A stretch of DNA of 64,000 nt from Waddliaceae bacterium (GCA_963771045.1 CAVYRW010000004.1:1760001-1824000), one strand, 5' to 3'. Positions 1 through 9,315 are shown, counted from the first letter of the stretch. A program made the numbers and translations. The notes: generated by a model from the sequence alone, not told the origin.

Positions 1-599
1 CCCTTTTGCTTTCTGACATCGGGTTTTTCAATACCATGATCGACAGCATTTCTTAGCAAATGCATCAAAGGCGTTTCAAGCTTCTCCAAGATATCCCGGT
101 CGACCGGCGTCATCTCCCCAATAATCTCAAGCCGCACTTTCTTGCCTAGCTCCCTGCCTTCATCCCTCACATACCGGGGAAATCCTCTGACCCCATCCGC
201 AAGAGGCCTCATGCGGATATCGATGACCTCTCCGTAGAGCCGTTCGGACAAGCTTGTGTGCCGGCGGATGAACATTTCAAGCTCCGACATCCTCTTGTCG
301 AGGTTTTGGCGGCAGGTATTATTCTGCTGTTGCAAACTCGAAAGGAAACCAAAAACCTTTTCCTCGACTTCTTCGGCTTTTAGTGATTCGCGGATTTGGT
401 CCAGATCTCTCCCCATCTCATTGTGTAGATGCTTGAGTGTAAGAAGAGCCTCTCCGAACGGTTCAAGCCAAAGCGATTCGACTAGCGTCTCGCCCGCAAG
501 CCCCATCAGCCTGTTCAAACTCAGTGAACTGACCCTTAAAACCCTCTCATTCCACACTCCCGACTTCTTTACCTTCTCTGATTTGACAACCTGCGTCAT
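1..599 (-). CDS. CheA/WspE-type histidine kinase, dimerization and HATPase part (runs off the window)
   Basis: Manual translation, open from 659 to the edge in the same frame as 660..1463, first ATG at 599: RVLRVSSLSLNRLMGLAGETLVES ... MRPLADG..FPRYVRD..RELGKKVRL ... VDRDILEKLETPLMHLLRNAVDHGIE. Confidence 0.88.
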   Translation of the reverse strand, partial: MTQVVKSEKVKKSGVWNERVLRVSSLSLNRLMGLAGETLVESLWLEPFGEALLTLKHLHNEMGRDLDQIRESLKAEEVEEKVFGFLSSLQQQNNTCRQNLDKRMSELEMFIRRHTSLSERLYGEVIDIRMRPLADGVRGFPRYVRDEGRELGKKVRLEIIGEMTPVDRDILEKLETPLMHLLRNAVDHGIEKPDVRKQK

Positions 600-659
600 G
601 TCTTTGCCGCCAGTTTCCGGATAAGGCTTTTCTTCTCTCGGGAAATCTGAGAACAGAGA

Positions 660-1463
660 TCAGATTTTGAAGCGTCTGCTCGCTGCTTGGCAATATCTCG
701 AAGCGATAAGATTTTTGGGCTGATGGATCAAAGAAGAATAGTAATCGACCGACTGAAACAGCGCATCCATCAGCTCGGGACTTAAAAGCGACGGCTCTTT
801 TTCCAGAAAAACAAAACAATCTTCCATAGCATGGGCCAGTTCCACAAGAAGATCGAGCCCCACGACTTTAGCGGCCCCTTTTAACGAATGGGCGGCCCTC
901 ATCAGGTTGTGGTAGGTTTCGCCAGTGGCATTTTGACTCTCCAAAACCAGCAGCCCCTGATTCAGAATGGAAGCTTGGGATTCGGCTTCTACGCAAAAAA
1001 GATCCACCAGCGACGGGTCGCAAATCTTCCCTTCGCTCTTTAAGTCAGGCTCCTTCATTTCGACAATTTCAAGTCCCGTCATTTGAGTAAAAAATTTCTC
1101 AAGTTCCCGGGCCTTTTGCTCGATTTCCTCCGCCTTTCCGGGTAAATTTTCCGAAGAGCAATGCTCGAGCTTCCTAAGCAGATTGACCACCCTTTTGACG
1201 ACCTCGATATCCCGGGCCGATAATTTATGAATTTTTTGCAGGGAAAGGGCTAGATTTCGGGTGAACCTGGAGATAAAGTCAAAACGGATAATTTTTGCCG
1301 AACTTTGAATGATATTAAATGTTTTGACCACATCTTCCAATGAGCCGCTGTCAAGAGCATTTTCAAGGTTGTCGAGATGTCCTGAAAGCTCCTGAAGAAA
1401 CAGATCTAGCAGCTCTTTGCCGATCTGCTCTTTTTTTTCTTTTTTATCCTGCCCGGCTTCCAT
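660..1463 (-). CDS. CheA/WspE N-terminal part with two Hpt-like domains
   Basis: Second domain has LMRAAHSLKGAAKVVG (phospho-His motif). First has FNIIQSSAKII, without the His. Ends at an in-frame TGA (660-662). Confidence 0.82.
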   Translation of the reverse strand: MEAGQDKKEKKEQIGKELLDLFLQELSGHLDNLENALDSGSLEDVVKTFNIIQSSAKIIRFDFISRFTRNLALSLQKIHKLSARDIEVVKRVVNLLRKLEHCSSENLPGKAEEIEQKARELEKFFTQMTGLEIVEMKEPDLKSEGKICDPSLVDLFCVEAESQASILNQGLLVLESQNATGETYHNLMRAAHSLKGAAKVVGLDLLVELAHAMEDCFVFLEKEPSLLSPELMDALFQSVDYYSSLIHQPKNLIASRYCQAASRRFKI

Positions 1464-1466
1464 AAT

Positions 1467-2045
1467 TTACAGAGACCTTTTTAAACTGTAGAACAAGAGC
1501 TCTTCATCCAAAAATCCGACGCTTTTTTCTTTCCATGTCAGCACTCCTCTCAGATAATTCGTCGATGATTTGGCCACATTGACTGGAACGTTTTCCAAAG
1601 CGCCCATATCGAACTGATAGATTCCGTAAGCTTCGTCGACAGGAAAAACAAAGAGCTGGCCGCCATTTTCAATCACGATCATCCTGTTGTAAATGATCGC
1701 GCTTTGAGGCGGCGGCATCTTTTTATCCTCTTTGATCTCGAATAAATTCTTCAAGTCGACGCAAAGCCTCATCTGCCCTCCAATATTGACCAGTCCTTTT
1801 AAGATCGGATTCTGCTTATGAGGGATGATATGGATCGGTTTCTTTTCGCAGATCTGATTAAAAAAAGAGGTCGAAAGACCAAACCATTCGCTGTGCAGAC
1901 GAAATAATAGAATGGAATGTTCCCGCGTTTCCAGATAGGTTTTTTTTCCCTCTCTTAGAATTTTAGTCCATTCTTTAATATATTGAGGAGAGACCGGCCG
2001 AGACAACAGCTTATCTGCGGAATAGGAATCTTCACTTACTGACAT
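1467..2045 (-). CDS. CheW-like protein (WspD-like)
   Basis: LLFRLHSEWFGL ... IHIIPH..NPILKGLVNIGGQMRLCVDL ... FVFPVDE; lies between CheR and CheA. Confidence 0.85.
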   Translation of the reverse strand: MSVSEDSYSADKLLSRPVSPQYIKEWTKILREGKKTYLETREHSILLFRLHSEWFGLSTSFFNQICEKKPIHIIPHKQNPILKGLVNIGGQMRLCVDLKNLFEIKEDKKMPPPQSAIIYNRMIVIENGGQLFVFPVDEAYGIYQFDMGALENVPVNVAKSSTNYLRGVLTWKEKSVGFLDEELLFYSLKRSL

Positions 2046-2047
2046 TT

Positions 2048-3235
2048 CTACTTCTCCGTCATTTTTTTAGATTTGCCGCTATCTGCCATCAAGTCGAGAT
2101 ATGTTTTCGCTTCTTCGTTGCCGGGATCAAGATAAAAGGCTTTTTGAAATAAACGGTATGCCTGGCTTTCACGGCCCATGGCGTGCTGTATGATGCCCTG
2201 CAAGTAGAAGGCACGTGCGTCGCTTCCAAATTTTTTGATATAATCTTCAATGGAAAGTTGCGCCTCGATCAGCCGGCCGCGGTCGGCCAGCTCGCGAGCC
2301 TTCTCATAATCGATATCTTTTTTGCTTTTTCCTTCTTTAACTTCTTCGTTCTCTTTGCCGCTGCTTAAGATTTGATCAATCTCGTGAAAAAGTTCTGTCT
2401 TGTAGCTCAGCCGATCTTTCTCTTCTTCTTTTTTGCAATAAGCGGATATATTACCGTATTTAACAGTTTGAAAGTCCAGGTGGCGGATTTTGTCATATTC
2501 AGCCTCTCCAAGAAGTAAAATGCCTTGCGTCATAAGAGCCTTTTCGATCCTTTTTAACAGATTGTACTGAAGCTGGGGCGATAGATAAATCAAGAGGTTG
2601 CGGCAAAGGACAACGTCATACTTGTTTTGGCTTTGCGAATTGGGATAATCGACAACATTGCCTCTTTTATACCTCACAGAAAACCTGATTTCGTCTTTCA
2701 ACTGATACCCGTTTTCCACCTGGTTGAAATAGCGTCGCTGATACTCCAGATTTTTATCCCGAAAGGAATTTTTTCCGTAAATGCCTTTTTGTGCAAAATC
2801 AAGAGATTCCTTGCTCACATCGACAGCTTCGACACGAAAGGATCCCAAAGGCATCGCCGCTTCGAGCAAACACATCACAACCGAATACGGCTCCTCCCCG
2901 GTAGAGCAGCCCAAAGAAAGTATTCTAAGAGGACGCCCCTTCCGATATTTTTCCTGATTGTCCTTAGCAAAAACCTTCAGGAAATCGAAACATCTTTTTT
3001 CGCGAAAAAACCATGTTTCCGGAATGACGATCATATGGATCATCTGCTGCATTTCCGTAAGCGAATTTAAAAGATGAGCAAAGTATTCGCCAATGGTTTG
3101 ACATTGGCACGCTTCCATGCGCTTTTGAACGCACGCCGCCCAATTATTCGGCGACAAACTGTGGGGATGAAGCCCGATTTTTTCTTCCATGAGCTTTTGA
3201 ATACGTTTTAAATAGCGGCTGTCTACTTCATCCAT
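2048..3235 (-). CDS. CheR-type methyltransferase with C-terminal TPR (WspC-like)
   Basis: IPETWFFRE, LRILSLGCSTGEEPYS, YDVVLCRNLLIY; C-terminal ARELADRGRL..A / AFYLDP TPR. Confidence 0.92.
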   Translation of the reverse strand: MDEVDSRYLKRIQKLMEEKIGLHPHSLSPNNWAACVQKRMEACQCQTIGEYFAHLLNSLTEMQQMIHMIVIPETWFFREKRCFDFLKVFAKDNQEKYRKGRPLRILSLGCSTGEEPYSVVMCLLEAAMPLGSFRVEAVDVSKESLDFAQKGIYGKNSFRDKNLEYQRRYFNQVENGYQLKDEIRFSVRYKRGNVVDYPNSQSQNKYDVVLCRNLLIYLSPQLQYNLLKRIEKALMTQGILLLGEAEYDKIRHLDFQTVKYGNISAYCKKEEEKDRLSYKTELFHEIDQILSSGKENEEVKEGKSKKDIDYEKARELADRGRLIEAQLSIEDYIKKFGSDARAFYLQGIIQHAMGRESQAYRLFQKAFYLDPGNEEAKTYLDLMADSGKSKKMTEK

Positions 3236-3680
3236 TACGCGATCCTATTAAATAGTCTTTAAGAGAATTTTGCAGTTTCTCGACTTTGACAAACTGAACC
3301 GTGTTATTTCCTTCCGACATAATGCCGCCCAGGCAAGGCAGATCTTTGACAACAACCCCCCCTTCGACAAACTTCTCCAAAGGAGCGTCGATGGTTTTCG
3401 TCACCTTTTCAGCCATCAGGCCGAATTCAATTTCCCTCTCTTCTTCGAAAAATCGAAATAATATGATCCTTGTATGCATTGCCTGCCTGGAAGGCCTCTC
3501 AAGCACAAGGCTGCACCAGTCAATAACGGGAATCGGCTTCCCCCCCACATTGATCGACCCTTTGATAAATTCAGGCATATGGAAAATCGGTTTGATCGCC
3601 ACTTGGGGAATGATTTCACTAATATGATCGCACCTGCAGGCGTATCTTTCATCGCCGGCATGAAAAACGAGCAGCAACAT
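3228..3680 (-). CDS. CheW-like protein (WspB-like)
   Basis: MLLLVFHAGDERYA ... G.INVGGKPIPVID ... TRIIL ... GLMAEKVT. Confidence 0.85.
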   Translation of the reverse strand: MLLLVFHAGDERYACRCDHISEIIPQVAIKPIFHMPEFIKGSINVGGKPIPVIDWCSLVLERPSRQAMHTRIILFRFFEEEREIEFGLMAEKVTKTIDAPLEKFVEGGVVVKDLPCLGGIMSEGNNTVQFVKVEKLQNSLKDYLIGSRNG

Positions 3681-3900
3681 ACTAATATTCCTTTACCTGC
3701 ATTCTCTTTGAAAAGGATTTTTTTTAGAATGGGCTATCCCGGATTTCTCACACTATTTGAACAAATCTGAACAAATTTTTGACGATCTTGCCATAAGTTG
3801 CTCATTGCCAATATGTAAAGCATATTGACTTCGTCGCAATTTTAGCAACCTCATCCAAACACTCTGTACATCTTTACTCAAATAAGGTGAAAAATCTGGG

Positions 3901-4137
3901 CTATTTAACAACTCTCAGATAGTCCTTACTTTCAGTGATTTCAGATTCAAATTCCGAATCGATACCGGCCTTTGCCCCTTCCAGAAGGTAGGAAGCGAGG
4001 GCAGGGTCCCCTTCATAAGACATATTGACGTTCATATTGCCGTCTTTAGTCTCGTTGTCGCAGGTAATTAAGATAAAACACGCATGTTCTTTAGCCAAAA
4101 GCTCCATAAACTCCTTATAGTTTTCGTGCCTCATCAT
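3901..4137 (-). CDS. Small hypothetical protein
   Basis: 78-aa ORF with AAGGGAGG RBS; HACFILITC...MSYEGD..LASYL. Confidence 0.6.
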   Translation of the reverse strand: MMRHENYKEFMELLAKEHACFILITCDNETKDGNMNVNMSYEGDPALASYLLEGAKAGIDSEFESEITESKDYLRVVK

Positions 4138-4216
4138 GCCCTCCCTTAAGCTCTGAAATTTGAACGCAACCTTAGCTAACGGTGTAATTTATTACAAATT
4201 AAATTATTTTGAGTTT

Positions 4217-5437
4217 ATGGACGAGTATCTTCCCTACATCAAGCCGATCGAATCCCGCCAAAACATTATGCTTGAGCGAGTTCAAAACTGGGCCGAAATC
4301 AACACCCATTCCCTGAACACAGAAGGACTGGCCGTGATGCTTTCGGCGCTAAAACGGGACTTCGTTTCCTTAAGAGCATCTATCGAAGAAATCCCCTTAG
4401 GCCCGATAGATACACTAGATTCTCATGGCAAGCGGGCAAAATTAGAGCTGGGAAGCGTTCTTCGCATCTCTCAAAGGCCAGGCGCCCCAATCCGTTTTTT
4501 CTTTGGAGGCCATTTCGATACCGTATATCCTGTTGAAAGCGGTTTTTTGAACACCCGGCTCATCGATGCCAACACGTTAAATGGGCCCGGTGTTGCCGAT
4601 ATGAAAGGAGGCATAGCCGTCATGCTCGCTGCTTTAGAAGCGCTGGAGGCTGCCCCTTTTGCAAGCTCTATCGGTTATGAAATTCTTCTCAACCCCGATG
4701 AGGAGATCGGCTCTCCCGGTTCGTCATCCCTTTTCAAGAAGCTCTCCAAAAACTGCCGGGCTGCGATGCTCTTCGAGCCTGCCTTTTCCGACGAATCCCT
4801 TGCCGGCGCAAGAAAAGGTTCCGCGAATTACACGATTCTCGTCAGGGGCAAGTCGGCCCATGCCGGCAGGGATTTTTTCAGCGGGAAAAGCGCCGTCGCC
4901 ACCCTTTCGAAGCTCCTTGTCAGCATCCACGCCCTCAACCATCCCGAAAAAAAGACAACGATCAACCTCGGTTATATTTATGGCGGCGGCCCCGTTAATA
5001 TCGTCCCCGATCTGGCCCTTTGCCGCCTTAATATTCGGGCAGCAACAGGTAAAGAGATGGAATTGACAGAAACTCGCCTTAGTGAAATGATCCGAAATTT
5101 GGCAAGAGAGCATCAAGTGGAATGCCAAATGTTTTTAGAAAGCAAACGGCCCCCCAAGCCTTTTGACAAACAAACCGAAAAGCTGTTTAAGGATTTTGAG
5201 GAATGCGGCAATGCGCTTGGGCAAAAGATCTCCTGGCGCCCCACCGGCGGAGCCTGCGACGGCAACACCATCGCCGCCGAAGGGATTCCGACAATCGACT
5301 CGCTCGGCGCCGTCGGCGGCAATATCCACACCGAAGACGAGTACCTTCTTGTCGACAGTTTAACCAAGCGGGCAAAATTGACCGCACTTTATTTAATCAG
5401 GCAGGCCCATGCAGAGTCCGGAAAAATTATTCAATGA
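4217..5437 (+). CDS. M20-family metallohydrolase (putative desuccinylase/deacylase)
   Basis: GGHFDTVY, GPGVADMKGG, NPDEEIGS, GKSAHAGR, GGACDGN, GGNIHT. Probable ATG at 4217. Confidence 0.85.
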   Translation: MDEYLPYIKPIESRQNIMLERVQNWAEINTHSLNTEGLAVMLSALKRDFVSLRASIEEIPLGPIDTLDSHGKRAKLELGSVLRISQRPGAPIRFFFGGHFDTVYPVESGFLNTRLIDANTLNGPGVADMKGGIAVMLAALEALEAAPFASSIGYEILLNPDEEIGSPGSSSLFKKLSKNCRAAMLFEPAFSDESLAGARKGSANYTILVRGKSAHAGRDFFSGKSAVATLSKLLVSIHALNHPEKKTTINLGYIYGGGPVNIVPDLALCRLNIRAATGKEMELTETRLSEMIRNLAREHQVECQMFLESKRPPKPFDKQTEKLFKDFEECGNALGQKISWRPTGGACDGNTIAAEGIPTIDSLGAVGGNIHTEDEYLLVDSLTKRAKLTALYLIRQAHAESGKIIQ

Positions 5438-6785
5438 CCCAAAAGTCATAGAAGCTAAAAAGCTTCTTATCGACTCTGTTAAAGAGCACAGCCGCCATAT
5501 TGAAAAAGTCAAAGGGCCCGATCCCGATCTTGCAGCCCCTTATAAGGAGCTTCTGGAAAGTTATGAAAAAATGCGCGGCGGCCCCCTCTTTTATCCTTAT
5601 ATAGGGAGCGGCCTTGGAAACGGCGCCCTCGTCGAGCTTATGGACGGCAGCGTCAAATATGATTTCATCACAGGCATCGGCGTCCACGGCTTTGGCCACG
5701 GCCATCCCGACATTATCGACTCTTCAATAAACGCCGCCCTCACAGACACAGTCATGGAAGGACACCTGCAGCAAAATTCGGACGCGTTTGAACTCACCAA
5801 ACTCCTTATCGACGTTTCCGGACTCGACCACTGCTTCCTCACCTCGACAGGAGCCATGGCCAATGAAAACGCATTCAAAATCTGTTTCCAAAAAAAACAT
5901 CCCGCCTCGCGCATCCTCGCCTTCGACCACTGCTTTATGGGAAGAACCCTAACAATGGCCCAGGTGACCGACAAACCGATGAACCGCGTCGGCCTCCCTT
6001 TGAACCAGCCTGTCGACTACATTCCCTTTTATGACCCCAGCCGCCCCGAAGAGAGCGAAAAAGAAGCCGTAAACGCACTCAAAACCTTCATCGAAAGATA
6101 TCCCGGGCAGCACGCCCTGATGAGTTTTGAGCTGGTCCAGGGAGAAGGCGGGTTCAATGTCGCAGCCCCCGAGTTTTACAAAATCCTGATGGATATTTTA
6201 AAAGAAAGCGGCATCCCCATCATGATCGACGAAGTGCAAACGTTTGGAAGGACCTCGCAGCCCTTTGCTTTTCAACACTTCGGCCTCGAAGACTATGTCG
6301 ATGTCGTCACCATCGGAAAATTGTCTCAAGCCTGCGCCACTCTTTACAAACATCCAATGAATCCCGCCCCTGGCCTCCTCAGCCAAACCTTCACCACAAG
6401 CTCGTCTGCCATTCGTTCATCGAAAGTGATCATCGAAAAGCTCCTTAACGAAGGACACTTCGGGGAAAATGGAAAAAACGCCGCCATCAACAAGATCTTT
6501 TCCGAAAGATTTGAAAATATCTGCAAGAAACACCCCGGCCTTGTCAAAGGCCCCTACGGAATCGGATGCATGGTCGCCTTTACCCCTTTTGACGGCGAGC
6601 GTAGCCGCGTCCTCCATTTCTCCCATGAGCTTTTCAAGCAAGGGGTGATGGGATTTATCGCCGGAAGCGGCCCCACCCGCTGCCGATTTTTGGTTCCCAT
6701 GCTCGCAGTCGAAGAAAAAGATATCGACGAGGCGATGAATATTGCCGAAAAGACTCTCCTTTCCTGCAAGGAACTGCACCCATGA
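5409..6785 (+). CDS. Class III PLP aminotransferase (succinyl/acetylornithine transaminase-like)
   Basis: TGAMANENAFK, FELVQGEGG, IDEVQTFGRT, DVVTIGK (PLP Lys). Confidence 0.85.
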   Translation: MQSPEKLFNDPKVIEAKKLLIDSVKEHSRHIEKVKGPDPDLAAPYKELLESYEKMRGGPLFYPYIGSGLGNGALVELMDGSVKYDFITGIGVHGFGHGHPDIIDSSINAALTDTVMEGHLQQNSDAFELTKLLIDVSGLDHCFLTSTGAMANENAFKICFQKKHPASRILAFDHCFMGRTLTMAQVTDKPMNRVGLPLNQPVDYIPFYDPSRPEESEKEAVNALKTFIERYPGQHALMSFELVQGEGGFNVAAPEFYKILMDILKESGIPIMIDEVQTFGRTSQPFAFQHFGLEDYVDVVTIGKLSQACATLYKHPMNPAPGLLSQTFTTSSSAIRSSKVIIEKLLNEGHFGENGKNAAINKIFSERFENICKKHPGLVKGPYGIGCMVAFTPFDGERSRVLHFSHELFKQGVMGFIAGSGPTRCRFLVPMLAVEEKDIDEAMNIAEKTLLSCKELHP

Positions 6786-7765
6786 GAGTCATCAGACCTA
6801 TCAAAGCTCAAGACCGAACCGCTTTTGAGCGCATGGCTTTTACCGCCTCCATGGGCATAAGGAGCCTCCCCAAAAACTCGGAAAAACTCTATGAAAAGAT
6901 TCTCCAGTCTCAAAACCGGCGCCATCATTTATACATTTTCGTCCTCGAAGACCTCGAAACCGGAGCTATTGAAGGGACATCGGCAGTCAAAGCCAAAACC
7001 GCAGTTGAGGAGCCCGAATATACCTATTGCATAGAAACCGTCGAGAGCAGAAGCAAAACAGAGCATGTCCCCGAAACCCTCCGCGTCTTAAGGCCCAGAA
7101 TCCACAGAAACGGCCCCTCCGAAATCTGCGGGCTGTACTTGATGCCCTACAGCCGCATGTCGCATCTCGGACGCCTCCTCTCCTACAGCCGCTTTCTCTT
7201 TATCGCAGCCCATCCGGACTGTTTCGCCGATACCATCATCGCCGAGATGCGGGGCTACTTCGACGAGGAGGAAAAAAATCCCTTCTGGACCCATGTCGGG
7301 CGCCATTTCTACAACGTTGCCTACGAAGACGCCGTCGACAGGTACTCCCTCTCGACAGATTTTATTCCCGACATCCTCCCGAAATATCCCATTTATCTCG
7401 ACCTGCTTCCAGAGGGCGTCCGGAATGTCGTCGGCAGGACCCACCCCAACACCGAGCCGGCCCTCAATCTTTTGAGGCAAAACGGCTTTTCTCTGACAAA
7501 CGAAGTGGACATCTTTGACGGCGGCCCTAAAATTCAAGCTTCGACAAATGAAGTTTCCACGATAAAAAACAGCAAAACCGCCCCTGTATCCGACATTGCC
7601 GAGGAGCTGGAGGACGGCGACTGGATCATCTCCAACGCATCCCCGGATTTCCGCGCCGCGGCAGCAGGACTCATACAAAGCGAAAAAGGAATCATCCTCA
7701 GCCGAAAGACAGCCGACGCCCTTAAAGTCAAAATAGGCGACACCGTCCGCTACGTCCCCCTTTAG
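6782..7765 (+). CDS. astA: Arginine N-succinyltransferase
   Basis: GPSEICGLYL, GRLLSYSRFLFIA, IIAEMRG, PFW..VGRHF, P.YPIYLDLLP, VDIFDGGP. ATGA overlap with the upstream gene. Confidence 0.9.
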   Translation: MRVIRPIKAQDRTAFERMAFTASMGIRSLPKNSEKLYEKILQSQNRRHHLYIFVLEDLETGAIEGTSAVKAKTAVEEPEYTYCIETVESRSKTEHVPETLRVLRPRIHRNGPSEICGLYLMPYSRMSHLGRLLSYSRFLFIAAHPDCFADTIIAEMRGYFDEEEKNPFWTHVGRHFYNVAYEDAVDRYSLSTDFIPDILPKYPIYLDLLPEGVRNVVGRTHPNTEPALNLLRQNGFSLTNEVDIFDGGPKIQASTNEVSTIKNSKTAPVSDIAEELEDGDWIISNASPDFRAAAAGLIQSEKGIILSRKTADALKVKIGDTVRYVPL

Positions 7766-7842
7766 TACGATATTTAAATATTCTTAATAAAAAATTAATA
7801 TAGCTATATTAAAATACTTCTTTACGCTATAAGATTATATCA

Positions 7843-8152
7843 ATGAAAATATCAAATAAAGACTGTAAAGAAATTTTAGGAAATTTCAATCATTATTTCA
7901 AAGGAAAACCACAAAAAATCAAACAATTAAGTCAAAGTGAAAGGAAGTTAATTCTAAAAGCAAAGAAAAATTTTAATCGTTGCCATGAGAAAACTGACAA
8001 AAAAACCGATTATTTAATGGGTAGCATCAAAATTAAAGCATTTAAAGACCCTAAAATTAAGAAATACAGTTTTATTTTATCATTTTTTAATGGGTTTAGA
8101 AACATATTTTTTTGATAGAATATCTTCAAGAAAACTTTTAAAAATTGGGTAG
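7843..8152 (+). CDS. Small unknown protein, paralog 1 of tandem trio (C-terminus frameshifted at a T7 run)
   Basis: ORF 7843..8115. Removing one T at 8107-8113 restores FFDRISSRKLLKIG, matching the GRISS motif of paralogs 2 and 3. Confidence 0.65.
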
Positions 8153-8162
8153 AAAAATATAC

Positions 8163-8216
8163 TTTACAAAAAAACTTTATTTTGTTATAATAATTTGTAA
8201 TTTACACAATAGGAGG
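8163..8216 (+). promoter_or_regulatory. sigma70/sigma66-type promoter and RBS of paralog 2
   Basis: TTTACA (8163-8168), 17 nt spacer, TATAAT (8186-8191) preceded by TG; AGGAGG at 8211-8216. Confidence 0.7.
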
Positions 8217-8223
8217 CAATATT

Positions 8224-8586
8224 ATGAAACTATCAAAAGCTGATGCAAGTGTAATAATTAAAACAGTTGAAAACCTTAATGACAATGGAATAGGTTCCAT
8301 AAAACATTTCAACCAAAAAGAAAGGAACCTTATTATAAAAGCATTTAACACAATGAAAGAGGGAGAAAATTTAGAAGACGCAGATACAATCCAAAACGCA
8401 AAGATAAGTGCTTTAAATTGCAGTATCTATCACAAAATTTCGATAGAACCAAAATCGCATCATTCCAACTTAGTTAAAAAAATCTTCAAAGGTTTTCTCA
8501 ATCTATTTGGCCGCATAAGCTCTAGAAAAATCGAAAATAAGATTATACATTTTAATGGAACTTCGCCTCAATTGTACAATTATTGA
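8224..8586 (+). CDS. Small unknown protein, paralog 2
   Basis: IGSIKHFNQKERNLIIKA ... EPKSHHSNLVKKIFKGFLNLFGRISSRK. Confidence 0.75.
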   Translation: MKLSKADASVIIKTVENLNDNGIGSIKHFNQKERNLIIKAFNTMKEGENLEDADTIQNAKISALNCSIYHKISIEPKSHHSNLVKKIFKGFLNLFGRISSRKIENKIIHFNGTSPQLYNY

Positions 8587-8634
8587 CCCAGTTCCTAAAT
8601 ATATCTAAAATTTATGTAATTCGCACATTCATAA

Positions 8635-8660
8635 GGGTTCTGACAAACAGAACCCCTTTT
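8635..8660 (+). terminator. Intrinsic terminator
   Basis: GGGTTCTG-acaaa-CAGAACCC followed by CTTTT. Confidence 0.7.
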
Positions 8661-8708
8661 CCTTATGGAATAAATCTTAATTATGTTATATTGCGTTAAC
8701 AAACACCA

Positions 8709-9101
8709 ATGAGGTTGCAAATGTATTTAACAAAATCAGAAGCTAATAAAGTATATCAAGAAGCAATAATTTTTGATAATAAAATCGGAAATATAAAACT
8801 TTTAAATCAAAAAGAAAGAAAGCTTATTATAAACGCTATCAATATAAGTATTCTTGAAGAAAACCAACCAGAGAACCAAAGAGTGATCTGGAGTGATGAA
8901 ACACGAGAATTACTTAACAATATACTAGATAAAGCCAAAGATGAACCAAAATCGAAACACTCCAACTTGTTTGTTTCCTTCTTCAAAGGTTTTGCCAATT
9001 TATTTTTAGGCCGCATAAGCTCTCAAAAAGTCCACAATAAAATTAAACTGTTGACTCCGCCACAATTTCAAGAGAATGGTTTATACAAACCTAAAAATTA
9101 A
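8709..9101 (+). CDS. Small unknown protein, paralog 3
   Basis: IGNIKLLNQKERKLIINA ... EPKSKHSNLFVSFFKGFANLFLGRISSQK. Confidence 0.75.
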   Translation: MRLQMYLTKSEANKVYQEAIIFDNKIGNIKLLNQKERKLIINAINISILEENQPENQRVIWSDETRELLNNILDKAKDEPKSKHSNLFVSFFKGFANLFLGRISSQKVHNKIKLLTPPQFQENGLYKPKN

Positions 9102-9120
9102 GTAAATTCGCACACTCTTA

Positions 9121-9315
9121 CAGCAATTCCCGCTGGAAATTCTGACTCAAGCTTCATGGAAAAAGAATGCGATTCAAGCGTTTCCTCTAGGGGAGCGATA
9201 AAAGAGTCAGTGGTTAAAAATAGTTCAAGATCGGTTAAATTAGAGACCGATTCTACGAAAGAGGCTGTTTTAACTAATTCTGTTTCAGCGATTTCAGCTC
9301 CAGCGGGAATTGCTG
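9121..9315. mobile_element. MITE (195 bp, non-autonomous)
   Basis: Perfect 17-bp TIR CAGCAATTCCCGCTGGA; 9-bp direct repeat ACACTCTTA at 9112-9120 and 9316-9324; no transposase. Confidence 0.88.

Noticed and set aside
256..819. ORFs 256..624 (+) and 547..819 (-)
   Set aside because: Antisense or alternate-frame shadows of the CheA gene.
7770..7812. AT-rich palindromes, including TTAATATAGCTATATTAA (7795-7812), upstream of paralog 1
   Set aside because: Could be an operator, but such palindromes arise easily in very AT-rich DNA and it is not repeated before paralogs 2 or 3.
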